Part shown: positions 43,070 through 63,745 of the stretch, one piece after another
How the letters are laid out: the number at the start of each line of letters is the position of its first letter
Numbering within the stretch: the stretch's first letter is position 1
Assembly (NCBI RefSeq): GCF_009914755.1
Contig: NC_060937.1
DNA length: 64,000 bases
Direction: 5' to 3' (one strand)
DNA from: the human T2T-CHM13v2.0 reference genome, Homo sapiens
Translations under genes and position numbers: made by a program
The notes under the pieces: model-generated
Database searches by the model: none
What the model was told of the DNA's origin: nothing
The model's input: only the letters and a program-made list of their open reading frames with translations

Positions 43070-44658
43070 ACTTAGATTATCACACAAATCTGTATTATTA
43101 TCAATATTAGTACTCATCATTCAGCAATTGAGAGAACATTGTTTACAAATTTAACAAAACTGTATATCTGAGAATTATTCATCTTCTAAATCTAATTTGT
43201 ATTTATAGAATACTACACACACTGCACAAAATGCACTATTTTCAAATATACATGGTATATTCACCAAGATAGATCATGCAATAATCCATAAAATAATTCT
43301 TAGTTAAGTAAGAAAATTGAAAACATGATAACTGAATCCCAACAGACAAAGACAACTGTAGCATGGGCTCACAGTCCAAAGAGAGCTATATAAGGAGGGT
43401 ATAAACTTTGCCTTAGACATTTTTGAGACCTCTTTTTTTACCATAAATTGTACGTTACCTATGTTTCATTCAGAATAAAATTCTAATTACAAAATATTTT
43501 GTTTGCAGCTTTACATTAATTTTCCCAGCATATATTTCTATCTTTATAAACAGTGCACTAATACTAAAATATCTTTAGTCAGATTCTCATATTTTCTAGT
43601 ATTGATCATGGGAAGCTCTCTGTTTCTCTTTTCTATTCTATTCAGCCATTAAGACACAGCACAAATTAGATGTTCTTTTAATAAAATTGTATTGTCTTTC
43701 TTGAGCCTACAATGGAAGGTGTCTCCTTTCTCTGCTTGAACGTATATATACCATAAAAATAATATTGTGACTGTATTTTTGTAACTGGTATTTTCATTGT
43801 TTATCTCTACTTCTGTTAACCTATTGATTGTTTTGATTATTGCTGCCTCCCACTATTTACCCAGGCCCTGGACTGTGGCAAATACTCACTAGACACCTAT
43901 TGAATTGAATTGTAACTTAACAATGTTTATTATTTTAAAATGAAATACTTAATGATCAAGGAACATAGCATATGCAGGGACTTTTTATTTTATTTTCTTC
44001 CCAGCAGATATACCTAATACTATGATGACATTTCTTAGTAAATATTGAATTTCAGTAAGTTAAATTAGATTATATTCAATTTTAATATTACCATCAAAAA
44101 TGTTAGTCAACTAAACTACTTATTATTTGAAAGCCTACTACATACCAGACACAGGATCTAGGAAATTAATTAAATATTCTTTTCAAGCGTCAGAAAAAAA
44201 ACTTGTAAGATGGCTCAAATTTCCTCAATATTCAATGTTCTTTCTAAGCTGGAAAATTTTTAAAAGCAAGATGTACAATATATGAGTTACAAATTCTTAC
44301 TGTCTTTTTTCTAGAAATGATTACCATGACCTTTTTTGGAACTTTTTTATATCTCTCTTGATTTCAACATGATGTTATAAAAATGTTAAAATGCTGACAA
44401 AATTTATTGGTACTACATTCAGGTAATGTCTAGGAAGCTCCGTAAACTCATGAATAATGTGATGTAACTGCTCATGAATACTGAGTACAGTATACTATCT
44501 GATGCGCTCCTTATGAAAAAATATAGAACACTATAAATAGTGCCTGAATTTGTATTAGTTCAATTAAATAAATTTATTCTCTAATCTAAAAGTAATTATT
44601 TTCATTAGTATTTTGTTGAAATATTTTTCTCCTGAATTTTGGAGACTAACTTACTATG

Positions 44659-45588
44659 GTGTATTAGCTTCCTATTGCTACTGTAACAAATTACCACAAA
44701 ATTTGTGGCTTAAAACAACACAAATGTATCATCTTACAGTTCTGAAGGTCAAAAGTATGAAGTATAAATTACAGGTTAAAATCAAGGCGTCAAGAGAGTT
44801 GTGTTCCTCCTAGAGATATTATGGGCGAATCCATCATGGATATTTTCGGCTTTTACAGAACACCTGCATCCCATTGCCCATGGGCCTTTCCTGCATTTTA
44901 AATGCATTACTTTGTGCATCAAATCTCTGTTTCCTTTATCTTTCTGATTCTCACCCTCCTCCCTGAATCTCCTCCTTTCCTCTTAAAAGAACTCCCATGA
45001 TTCCATTAGGCCCACTCAGACAGTCCAGCATAATCTTCCTGTATCAGCATCTTTAATTTAATCTAACTACAAAGTTCCCATATCAGTTTGCTAGGGCTGC
45101 CATAACAAACTACCACAGAATACGTGGCTTAAACAACAAAAATTTATTTTCTTACAGTTCTGGATGCAAAAAGACAAAGAGCAAGGTGTTGGCAAATTTG
45201 AATTTTCCTGAGGCCTCTCTTCTTGGCTTGCAGGTGGCATCTTCTTTTTCCAGCCTCGCATGGTCATTCCTACATGCATGCATCTCTGCTGTCCCCTCGC
45301 CTGTCAAATTTCCTCTTTTTATAAGGAAAACAGATTGGATTCGGCCCAATTCTGACAGCCACATTCTAACTTAATAACATCTCTAAAGGCCCAATTTCTA
45401 AATACAATCACATTCTGAAGTACTGGGTGTAGGGAGGCAACATATAAATTTAGGAGGAATATAATTCTGCCTAATATAATTCAGCCTATACTTCAACCAG
45501 TTATTTTTAACATATGAGGTAATACACTCACAGGCTCCAGGGATTAGGACATGGATATATTTGGGAAACCATTATTCCATTTACCACA
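44659..45588 (-). mobile_element. MLT1D/E-like MaLR LTR with a nested second MLT1
   Basis: tgtattagcttcctattgctactgtaacaaattaccac ...; resumes at ~45510 (cacaggctccagggattaggacatgg...accaca). Confidence 0.8.
45080..45490 (-). mobile_element. MLT1A/B LTR nested in the MLT1D-like LTR
   Basis: tatcagtttgctagggctgccataacaaactaccacag ... cacattctgaagtactggg ... aattcagcctata. Confidence 0.8.
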
Positions 45589-48500
45589 TATGATTTCTAT
45601 AACTACTTACCATCTAAAAGTTAAACTTATTTAATTACTCAAGCCCAGAAAGGTGGATAACTTTTAGAAGAAGACATAAGTCTCTTCTAGGTTTTGTGTT
45701 CCTATTCTGACATCTGTTTTTAAACAAGTATTATTGCTAGTATTACTTAATTGCAACATATTAGATAAAAGGTAGAAAGTTTTTTTTCAACAGTGAAAAA
45801 TGTATTTTTCTTAATGTTGATTTCAGAATTCAAAGCCTAACTACACGTAGGTTTTTTATTACACTTCATTTTGTAGTGTAAATGTTTTACTTTTTTGATT
45901 GTAAATAGACTAGAGGTATATGTCTTAGATATTTGAGAAATCCAATGTAATTTTGTGTATTTTTCACCTTTTATTAATACATTGAGCATATTAGCAACTT
46001 ATTCTAATGAGCACTTTCTTCATTAAATTTTTTATCTCTAGAGGATGTTGTCTTGATATTCCAATTCACTATATTCTTAATAATTACTACAAATGAAGGT
46101 AGGCAATTTATCTTTGACTGTTTGCTAACAAAAAATACATTTCAAAAATGAGCAGCATTTGGCCAGTTCTCATTGGGTCCTTCTATGGCTATTCTTAATC
46201 ATATTTCAATTTATGTTGTTAAATTATTTTCTGGTATTTTGTAATGCCATACTAACACACATGGTTATCTCAGTAAAACAAGCAAATGAATAAAACCCTC
46301 TGCTTTTTGACAATGTCATCCCATTCAAACTGGCATAATGTATTTGTTAGGATTTATTTTCTCTCCCCTCGAAATGTTACACTTTATATCCAAGGGATCA
46401 TTTAAACATCTTCGGTAATGATAGAATACAGTAAACTCAACTTTAGTGTCATAGACACAGTTCAGCATCACTAGGGGCCTTATTAGTAAGGCATGATATA
46501 TTTAATGTTCTACATTTAGTGCTTAGTACTGTTAAATTTCATAGTATTTCTTGGCTGAGTGAATTCCCAAAACATTCGATAGAGTGAATTCCCAAAACAT
46601 TAAAAAAAATAATTTAAGAAGCTCTTATTTGTATACGTATTTTAAAAATAGAAATACCTACTTATATATGTTAATTCCAAAAATTAGTATCTAAATATTT
46701 ATTATTACTGTGTATTTACTGGTTGTGCAAAATGCATTTGGTTTCCTTTAATTGAATGACCTTGTCAAGAGTTTAAAATTCCATTTTGAAGTATGTTTCA
46801 ACAATGGCACAAAGGCTTTTGTTTTAACTTACTTTAAACTTTGAAAGGATTTCAGGGTATATTTTATAGACAGTTACATTATAAACTCAAACTGGATTTA
46901 TATATTACTGTGGAAGTACTGTATATACTGTCTTCAATAGGTATTTCCACATGCCTTTGTTGTACTGACATTATTATTATAATGTATTTAACTGAAGAAC
47001 AGAGTATTTTAGCAAACCTAACAACAAAAGCTGCTGACACAGGGCATCTTAGCATTTTCATTAGTTTCTTGATTAGGTGCCACATCTGAATCAATTAAAA
47101 TTTCATGTGGCAATCTAACTTAATTGTTAGGGACACTAACATGAGCCAGTTAGCTTTTTTAATGTGATTGCTTGCAGGAAAGTGGAACTAGTAGTATCCT
47201 AGCAGCTAGAAGGTCAAGGTAATTTGGATGTTGACATCATGCCTTTATCAGAGCTGAAGATTGAACTTGTAAGCTAATGCAGTCAAAACCCATCCATGGC
47301 TGCACATTCTCAACAAAATTATATTTACTATTTAGATTTTGAGTCTGGAACTGATAAAAATTTTAGAATCAATATTCCACAAACTTAATGTTTACTTATT
47401 AAAAACAACAGATAACCAAAAGTATAATTGTCTTAGGAAAGACAGGAAAGTGTATATATTTTCAAAATATTTTTAAAAAGACTATTAAAATAAAATTAAG
47501 ATCAGTAACAATTAATTGACCTTAACTTATAAATATTAACAATGGCAATAAATATAAACCTCGTGTGGACAGGACACATAAGATATGGATCGTGTTTTAT
47601 TCAAAAGTTTGGTTTTAACCAAATAGAATCATTCATGTCAAATGTATGATTAAATCATATTTTCACTAATGGTGAGATTAAAGCATAATTTTTATTTGAA
47701 CACTTCATTTCCTGATGTTTGTTTTCATTTTTAGTTACTGTGAAATTTAAAACAGAATTTTACAAACCATAGGTATAAAAATAATAAAAATCCTAAAGAC
47801 GATAAAAATCCATGTTTTCTTATTTTATCTTTTTTATGAATGCAAAGTACATATGAATGGGGACTTTTGTTCTCTCTAGTGGAAAATGATACAACATTCT
47901 CCAGCTTATAGTTTACTTAGATTTTTCATTATTTTCTCAGTAATAAAACTGATTGAATAAAATACAGTATCTTGGAATAAAATATACCCTGAAATCATAC
48001 TGAAAAGTAGGTGTAATAATCTCATATGAACAACAAGGCACGTACTATTCAAATCGGAAAGTTATTTTTCTTTCCTTTACTGACTAAACAGCATATCATC
48101 TAGTAACACACTTACTTCTTGCTAAAATCTTTATCGAGTAAACTGTACACATAACTCATAATTCATTGAAAGGGAAGTTTTATGAAACAGATAATGTCCA
48201 TTTGCCTGCACAATTGAGTCCCAAAGTATAATGAATCTAGGCCTGTCTTGAGCAATTAGAAACAAATTTGCAACTGTTTCGAAACATTAGTTTTTAGCTG
48301 ACAGTGAAAGAGAGAGAAAGAGACTGTTAGAGAAAGAAGATAAAATTTTAATAAATAATCTTATACTACTTATATTTTATTTTAATTCTCAGGAACACAG
48401 ATTAATGAACATAACTTATTTATGTTTCAGAAATTTATTTTAAAAATTCTGTTTAGAATTTTGCTAATTAATGTCTAATTATTTGAGGCTATATATGTGT

Positions 48501-48775
48501 CCAAATATGGCAGTGCCTACTGACCATATTAACAGTTTATAATTACAGTATGTTAACTAATACAGGATTTCAGAAACCAAAGTAGTCTTAAGCCCATTTA
48601 TTTATATGAAATGACCATACTGTCAATACTGTTAATGAATTGAGGAAATTATTTATATGAAAATATAAATATGAAGATTTAAAATACAAGTTATACAACA
48701 TTGATTACAATATTTAGTGCAAGTAAAATATGCTCATTTGATTGACTATAGAAAATATTCACCTAAACATTAGAT

Positions 48776-49405
48776 GTAATTATTCACAATAGCCAAGATA
48801 TGGAAACAACCTAAATGCCCATCACAAAGGAATAGTTAAAGGAAATGTGGTATACATACACAATAGTGTATTATTCAGTATTTAAAAAGAAGAAAATCCT
48901 GACGTTTGTAACAATATGAATGGGCTTGGAGAATATTTTGCTAAATGGAATAAGTTAGACACAGAAAGACAAATATTGTGTGGAATTTAAAACAGTCAAA
49001 CTCATAAAACAGAAAGTAGAACTTTGTTGCCAGGTCCTGGGAGGAGGATGTAATGAGGAGGTGTTGGTAAAAGGGTGTAAACATTCAGGCATGCAAGATA
49101 AATAAGTTCTGGAAAGCTACTGTACAACATAGGGCCTACGACCAAAAATATTGCATTGTATAAACAAAAATTTGCTAAGAGCATAGATCTTATGTTAAGA
49201 GATCTTACATAAAAGAAAGAAACAAAACAAGAACATAAAACCAAAGCGGGCAGAAGGAAACTTTTGAGGTGATGGATAAATTTCTGGCATTGCTTATGAT
49301 GATGATTTCATGGGTGTAGACATATCTCCAAACACATCAAACGGTATACAATAAGTCTTTACAGATTTTTGTATGTCAATACAATCTCAATATAGATGCT
49401 AAAAA
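48776..49405 (+). mobile_element. L1MB-type 3' end
   Basis: ttattcacaatagccaagatatggaaacaacctaaatgcccatc through an L1MB-like 3'UTR. Confidence 0.85.
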
Positions 49406-50508
49406 ATCAGCTGTAGCTAATTTTGGTTGACAAAATTTTAGAATTTTAGTTGTGCTTCATATTTCTGGAGGATAATGTGTAAGATTCTTTATCTTTCAGG
49501 ATTATTGTAAAACATGAAATAAACAGATTTGAGAGCAGAAGAGTCCAAAATTACACTTCAGTAGTTAAAATGTATAAACTCAAATCCTGTTCAAGTTTTT
49601 CTTCTTTTCCTTTTCTTTTTCCTTCTTCCTGCACTAAATTATCTAAGTATTTTTTCCCCAGAAAAAAATCAATAATGATATAAAATTGAGCCAAAATTGA
49701 TTGTAGATGTTATCATAGACTGCCTTGAAGATAGACATAAGCATACTAATATAAAATAGCCTAGCCCAAAAGCAAGTTATTGATCAATAAATTTTTATAT
49801 TATAATCCTAATACTTGTCAAACACACAATTTTATACTTTCGGCCCAGATAGCCCAATGGCGTTTTAAATAATATGGAATTATGTGGTGGCATTAGCCAA
49901 CTGGGGTCAATTGCTACATAAAGATTTTTGTTACAGAGAAATCAAAGATAAATCTGAACAGAGTAGCACAAAGTTTAGTCTAAGTAGTATAAGTTTTTAT
50001 TTTAAGGTACCTAAAATTGAGGCAGTTTGTATATGTAAACCATTTGTTTTACAGCTGTATTCAAAGCTCTATGTTTTGTGAAAGCTTGGAAGCAAAGACT
50101 TCCAGAGTTTTGTTACTATGGAGAGAACTTCCCTTTCTCTCAGGTATAATGACTGTATATTTTTGGCTGTCAGGTCCATCGCTTTGTTTGCCACCTAACA
50201 ACACAAATTATTAATCAATAGCAATTTCCCAGGACACTAACTGATTCTCTATAAGAAACATTTTCAAAAGAAGGTGGGTACTAAGAAGGAATAAGATTAA
50301 GTATTAGTTAGAAGAAACTCTGAATTTCCACATTTATTAACCTAATTCAAAATGGGAGTATATTTGGATAAGATGAAACTTTGTCACTTCAAAATTAGAA
50401 TCCTTGCATTATGTAATGATGAATATAGCCAGTTACAAAATCATAAACCTAAGTAAAATGGCAGATAACATTAATAAAGAAAATTTATAAAATTTAAATG
50501 CAAAGACT

Positions 50509-50828
50509 ACAGAATTACCCCCTAATCTGCAATTTGGCTTCCCATGATTTCAGTTAATTGCAGTACAGTACAATAAGATATTTTGAGAGCAGAGAGAAAG
50601 AGACTACATTCACATAACTTTTGTTACAGTATATTTTTATAATTTTATTTTATTATTTAATATTATTGTTTTTAATTTCTTACTGCACCTAATTATAAGT
50701 TAAACTTTATCATAGATATGTTTGTATAGGAAAACACATAGCATACATAGGGTTTGCTGCTATCTGAGGTTTCCGGCATCCATTGGGGGTATTGGAAAGT
50801 ATCCCCTGAGGATTACGATAAAGTACTA
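50509..50828 (+). mobile_element. MER44/Tigger7-derived MITE
   Basis: cagaattaccccctaatctgc ... ggcatccattgggggtattggaaagtatcccctgaggat. Confidence 0.75.
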
Positions 50829-50989
50829 ACCCTTAAAAAAAAACTGAGAGAGTGACCCCACCTGAAATAACACATAGGACATAAATTTAAAGGGTGAATA
50901 AGAGGAAATTTTTAATAAATTTTTAAAATTTAATAACATTTATCTTTTTCCAAGTCTCAGTTACGGTCACACTAGTTTTTTCTGAGTTA

Positions 50990-51381
50990 CTACATTTGAA
51001 AAGTCACTATCATGCATCCAGGTCCACAAGTTAAAAATGGAGAAACACCTCTACTTCTCACATTTATTTTACAATAGAACAGCATAACATGGTAATCTGC
51101 TTTGTAAGCATCCCTAAAATCCATTTAATTATCTTTATTACCACCTCCATAAGCTAGTTTAAGCTACCAACTTCTATCTCCCAGACTACTGCAATAGATG
51201 ATTAACTGTGCATACACAAGACCAACTCCTCTAATCTATTATTTAGAGAGTAACCCAGAAAAATCTTTGCAAAATGCAAATCGGATTATTTTTCTTCTAT
51301 GCTTAATTTCTTTCAATAGCCTCACTTTTATCTTGTGGCAAATAAGGGCACCACTTTAAATGACCTCTGTCTTTCAGCTTA

Positions 51382-51429
<48 letters not shown>

Positions 51430-51480
51430 TTGTTCCTGTCACACTGGCCTTCTTCCTTTTTTTAAGATAAAATTCATCCT
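50990..51480 (+). mobile_element. L2 remnant containing (TC)n at 51385-51427
   Basis: ctatctcccagactactgcaatag is L2-like; the microsatellite is read directly. Confidence 0.55.
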
Positions 51481-53775
51481 CAAATATTCTAGTACATATA
51501 TTAATATCAATAGCTATTAAAATGTAATTGAAAATAAATCTAAATAAAAATGGTTAAAAAGTTAAAACCTTCAATCAAAGTTTCAAATAATCAATATATT
51601 TGTGAATAAATTCTCAAGCCAACTAGGTTAAAATTTAAAAATAAACATAATTTAAAATAAGATAGAAATCTGAAAAGTTGCAATATTTAAGTTGGCTGTG
51701 CTATAAAAAGAGGTTAATTTTCCTACATTGCTAGAAAAACTGCTATTGATACTTACTTTATTTTTTTTGGAGGAAAATTGCTCAGTATCCAAAATCTACA
51801 GTGACATACAACTTGGTTCAGCCAGCATTTCATAGAAATCATAGTCTATATCCATAAAAATATACTTATGTATTAATATGTTGATTATAATATCTCAACG
51901 TAGAAATGAATTAAATGTCCATTTAAAGGTAAATGAAGATAATGAAGTATAATGTTAATCAAATGCACCAAAACCCAGCATATTTATAGTTTATTATGGC
52001 ATAAATAGTGGATGGAACAGAAAAGAAATTTGTCATATTATCTTCTCTAACTACATTTCTTACATTGCATCCTCTGACTCCTCTTGAAGGTGATAATGAA
52101 CTGTTAAACAAACAGCTATATAACTACAAGCCACCTAACCAAACAAATCTACAGCCACCTGGAAATGCTTCTCTTTTATGAATGCCTCTTCCAACTTTTT
52201 AATTTTTCTTTAGGAATATATTAGTGTTTTCAGAGTGTATACACAGCTGACATGTTAAGCACCTTACATTTCATTCTAATTGTTGGCCAAATTTACTGGC
52301 AATTAAGTAGTATGTATGTTTTGATTCCTCTGAGTTTTTAAAATAATTGAACTTATGTGTAATAAAGAAGGAGTGGGTTAGTGAAGTCATTGTTAATTGC
52401 ATCAAAAAAAATCTGTCGGGAAAGTTAATCAGAACTTAAAACTCATTTCCTATGGGACTGCACTTTCAATGTAATCATATCCTCGAAGAGGTTATATAGT
52501 GTGAAATTGTAGGAAAATGTGAGAAACTAATGCAGAGATTTTCATCACTTTTGAAACACAGCCAATTCCACAATATTTTTAGTTAGATAAGAAGTTTTGG
52601 TAAAATTAGACATAGTATCACATATATAATATTGTATCACCATTAATATAAAGTTAAAAATGATACTAAGCAGACAGATTTAGGTATCACCTCTATCTCT
52701 AGAGATTTATATCTACTTACTCTGTGTCTTTCAGTGCTTCTCACTTCTATGACCTCTTCATCTCAATCAAAACTCCTTTACCTACTCGCAGAATAATTAT
52801 GCTGCCCTAGAAAATCCTGATGGCCATTCTGTCAAAATACGTTCATAATATTACTACCTCTCATCGCTTCTCTTTATAGCACCTTCGTACATGCCACTCT
52901 TACCTACTGTTTTATTCCAATAGCTTCTTAACTGGTTTTCCTAGTTATATCCTGTCCACTTTTGATCATTGATCATTGTCAAGAGCAGCTATATTCCAAT
53001 TTAAACATAAGGCAAGTTAGAATATGATGTCGGTTGTGTTCAAAACACAGTTAACTCAAAGAAAAAAAAAGCTAAAGTCATGTAATGCCTAAAGGACTCT
53101 AACTGAATAGAACATCAGTTACGACTCTGACATCATTGTGTATTTTACTCTTTTCACTTACTTCACTATAGCCACATTGATTTCAAGATACTAATGTGTG
53201 GTGTTTTAGTGATGAACTAATATCTATATACAGCTGCCAAAGATTGAAAGTGAAAATGTGACTTCAATTTATTTTGTGGCAAGGTGTTGAGGCAATGTTG
53301 AAGGACATGCAAATTATGTGCTGAGCAGTACTTTACTACAAGATTGTCACTAATATTTTGCATTTTCAATGAGCTCTACCCTGACCTCCCTATTTAAAAT
53401 TACATCTCCTGAGATTCTTTCTTTTCATCATTCCTAATTTATCCTCCCACCACCCATTTATGCTTATCAACTTCTAATATACAATCTGTGACCAATCGTA
53501 TTTTCCAAAGATGGCACAATCTCACTTTTACATTTTAGCAGTCTGACATTGGTGGAGTCTAATTGTTCTCCTCTTGAATCTAAACTGGCATTCAAGTGAC
53601 TGCTTGAACTATAGAATGCAGGAGAAGCCATATTCTGAGAATTCTATGACTATGTCATAAGATGTCTTGTAGCCTCCACACAATTCTCTTAGAATTCTTG
53701 TTCTTGGAACTCTCCCTTTTAAAATGCAAGCACCATGCTATGTGATGCTCAAGTCACATGGAATGGTTAAATATA

Positions 53776-53837
53776 TTAGGTTAGTGCAAAAGTAACTGTC
53801 GTTCTTGCCATTGCTTTTAATATTTGCACCAATCCAA
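53776..53837. mobile_element. MADE1 (Hsmar1 MITE), internally deleted
   Basis: ttaggttagtgcaaaagtaactg..ttgccattgcttttaat..tttgcaccaatccaa. Confidence 0.85.
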
Positions 53838-53884
53838 GGTTCAGCTGAGCTCTCAAATGACATCCAACATTTACTGCCAGACAC

Positions 53885-54312
53885 TGATAGGTTTTGAATC
53901 TGTGACTCCACCCAAATTTTATGTTGAATTGTAGTCCTCAGTGTTGGAGGTGGGGCCTGGTGGGAGGTGATTGAATCATGGGGGCCGAGTTCTCAAGAAT
54001 GGTTTAGTGACATACCCTCAGTGCTATACTCATGATAGTGAGTGAGTTATCATGATACCTGGTTGTTTTTAAGTGTGTAGCACTTCTCTCCTCTCTCTCT
54101 TTCTCCTGCTCCCACCATGTAAGACATTCCTGCTTCCCCTATCCCTTCTGCCACAATTGAAAATTTCCTGAGGCCTTCCCGGAAATCAAGCAGATGCCAG
54201 CATTATGTTTCCTATACAGCCTGCAGAATTGTGAGCCAATTAATCCTCCTTTCTTTATAAATTACCCAGTCTCAGGCATTTCTTTATAGCAATGCAAGAA
54301 TGGACTAATACA
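53885..54312 (+). mobile_element. MSTA/B MaLR solo LTR nested in the MLT1
   Basis: tgataggttttgaatctgtg..cccaaatttt..gttggaggtggggcctggtgggaggtg ... aatggactaataca. Confidence 0.9.
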
Positions 54313-54692
54313 CACATAAATGAACTCTCTTGGATATCCAGCCTAATTAAGCTTTCAAATGTCTACTTCAGACTCAGCAAACAACAAAATGCAGCAGTGA
54401 GAGAAATTCCAAGTAAGAACCGCTCTTCAGAGCCTAGACATTCCACAGATACCTAAAAGAGAAAAATATATTCTGGCTTCTTGTTTGTTTTAAGACATAA
54501 ATGGTCCTTTTATTTTTAACATAGCAAAAGATAATTATTATTTGTCATGTTTATTGTATTTTCTAGCCAAATAATATATAACCTTCATTAGGCCAGGACA
54601 CTTACCCTTCTGCTTGTTCAAAACTGTATTTCCAAATATGATATAGTGTTTGACACCTGTTACATACTCAAGAATTATTTATTGGTTGATGA

Positions 54693-55355
54693 TTGTAATA
54701 GTTAATTTTATGTGTCAAACTGATGGGCTCACAAGATGCACAGACATTTAGTTAAATGTTATTTCTGGGTGTGTCTGTGAGGGTGTTTCCAGAGGAGGTA
54801 GTATTTGAATTAGACTGAGTACAGTACATCGTACTCACTTATGTGGGTAGACACCATCCAATACATTGAATTCCTGAATAGAGCAAAAAGATAGGGGAAG
54901 GGGGAATTCTCCCTTTCTCTGCTTGACAACATGAACTGGAACATTGATCTTTTCCTGTGCTAGGCATACTTAGTTCTCAGGTCTTCAGACCTGGACTGGA
55001 ATTTACATCATTAGCCCTTTACACTACACCTCCAGCTTTCCTGGATCTTCATCTTGCAGAAGGTACATCATGGGACTTTTCAGCTTTCATAATTACATAA
55101 GCAAATACCTTAAAATAAATACCTTATAATAAATAAATAAATATATGCTCAAGTGATTGTGGAAGGTTAGATATCCCATTCTCTACCATCTACAAGCTGG
55201 TATATAGTATATAGTGACATAAGTAAATAAATACATACATATTTTATACATCTATGTATACATACATATATATATGTTCAGACACACCTCTATGTTATAT
55301 GTTTGTGTGTGTGTATGCTATAGGTTCTATTTCTCTAGAGAACACTGACTAGCAC
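54693..55355 (+). mobile_element. MLT2 (ERVL) solo LTR
   Basis: tgtaatagttaattttatgtgtcaaac ... ttctctagagaacactgactagcaca. Confidence 0.88.
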
Positions 55356-55519
55356 AATGGATGAACTTAATATATGACACTGTATTCTAGAACTATAGCC
55401 TATATCTCTAGTTAATTTTTTATATATCCTGTACCTGTAGTTAATCACTTTTGTTCGACTTCCCCAATTTTCTTTCAAACTCACTCAATCCTTTGTCGAA
55501 GTTCTCATGTCCTAAATTA

Positions 55520-55605
55520 TTTTTATTTTTATTTTTTTCAATAAGAACACTTAACATAAGATCTACCATCTTAAAAACATACACACAATACAGTATTGTT
55601 AATTT
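55520..55605 (-). mobile_element. L1MA 3' terminal fragment
   Basis: aagaacacttaacataagatctaccatctta...caatacagtattgttaa. Confidence 0.7.
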
Positions 55606-56212
55606 CCTTTTCAATTGAAATTAGATACATTATAACACATTGCTCTAAGTAAGACTCTTTTACGCATACCTAGTTTTCTTCCTCTTTGCCTCATCCTACT
55701 TACTAGAAAATCCTAACTCTGATGAAAACTGGCTTTTTGAGATCTTTATGTCTATACTGAAGCAGCGACACAGAGCTGAAGAGAAGTGCATAACTTTGTT
55801 TACTGATCTTACTTTAAATTTATGACTGAAGGATTCAAGTGAAATCTCAGCATTCACCAGCATCCTATTACTGCTTTTAGTCAATTGTCCTCCTACTCTA
55901 GCAATACATTAATTTACAAATTCTCTTATTGCCAATCTATAACACTGACTCTTCTTTTCTCAACTGTTGACTTTGTTTTTATTTCTCTAAGAAAATGGAA
56001 GCACCGTAAAGACAATTCACTCATCCTCTGCCACCAAATTTACAAAACTACTTTCTTTTGAACACATATAAGATCAACCTTTGTTATTATGATGAACAAT
56101 GTTTATATTTCGATTTAAGCCAAACCACTCTCATTAGCATGCTGGATTCCTTTCATTTTTATTTATTTATTTATTTAGAATTTATCTAACTATTGTCTCA
56201 AAATATAATATC

Positions 56213-56339
56213 TTTTCTTTTTTTTTTTTTTTTTTTTTTTTAGAGAAGGGTCTCTCAGTCATTTAGGCAGGAGTGCAGTGGTGTGATTATAGCTCAATAC
56301 AGCCTCAAACTCTTGGGCTCAAATAATTCACCTACCTCA
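56213..56339 (-). mobile_element. FRAM/AluJ right-arm monomer, 3' portion; remainder at ~63195-63239
   Basis: Poly(T), then gcaggagtgcagtggtgtgattatagctca..cagcctcaaactcttgggctcaa; continues beyond the L1 as gagcagttaggacaataggcatttacccccatacccaact. Confidence 0.8.
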
Positions 56340-63185
<6,846 letters not shown>

Positions 63186-63263
63186 AATCTTGTATTTTTG
63201 AGCAGTTAGGACAATAGGCATTTACCCCCATACCCAACTGTGTGCTTGGCTACTGTCTCCTAT

Positions 63264-63745
63264 TGAGAGGTGAAGCCAGCTGGGCTTCTGGGTCCAGTGG
63301 GGACTTGGAGAACTTTTCTGTCTAGCTAGAGGATTGTAAATGCACCAATTAGCATTGTGTAAAAAGGGACTAATCAGCACTCTGTAAAATGGACCAATCA
63401 GTAGGACATAGGCAGGGCCAAATAAGGGAATAAAAGCTGGCCACTCGAGCCAGCAGCAGTAACCTGCTCGGTACCCTTCCAGCTTTGTTCCTTCACTCTT
63501 CATAATAAATCTTGCTGCTGCTCACTGTTTAGGTCTGTGCCACCTTTAAGAGCTGTGACACTCACTGTGAGGGTGGGTCTGTGGCTTCTTTCCTGAAGTC
63601 AGCAAGACCACGAACCCACTGGAAGGAACAAACAACTCCGGATGTGCCACCTTTAAGAGCTGTAACACTCACCACAAGGTCCACAGCTTCATTCTTGAAG
63701 TCAGCGAGACCAAGAACCCACCAGAAGTAATAAATTCCAGACACA
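63264..63745 (+). mobile_element. LTR12F-like (short ERV9-family) solo LTR
   Basis: tgagaggtgaagccagctgg...ggggacttggagaacttttctgtctagctagagg ... ccagacaca; TSD ctat/ttat. Confidence 0.9.

Larger units (their letters stand above)
40560..43330. mobile_element. Cluster of very old L1 (L1ME/M5-like) fragments
   Basis: ORF2-like pieces: ttcatgaggctaatataaccatgac; aggagaacatatt...ggattaggcaaagattc; attcaccaagatagatcatg. Confidence 0.55.
53486..54535 (+). mobile_element. MLT1F/G-like MaLR LTR
   Basis: tattttccaaagatggc...ggtggagtcta..cctcttgaatct...gactgcttgaactatagaatgcagg; end tagcaaaagataatt. Confidence 0.7.
52730..54692 (+). mobile_element. L2 remnant interrupted by MLT1/MST/MADE1
   Basis: ccaatagcttcttaactggttttccta; L2 3' end tgtttgacacctg...tactcaagaatttttattgg at ~54650. 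Confidence 0.55.
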
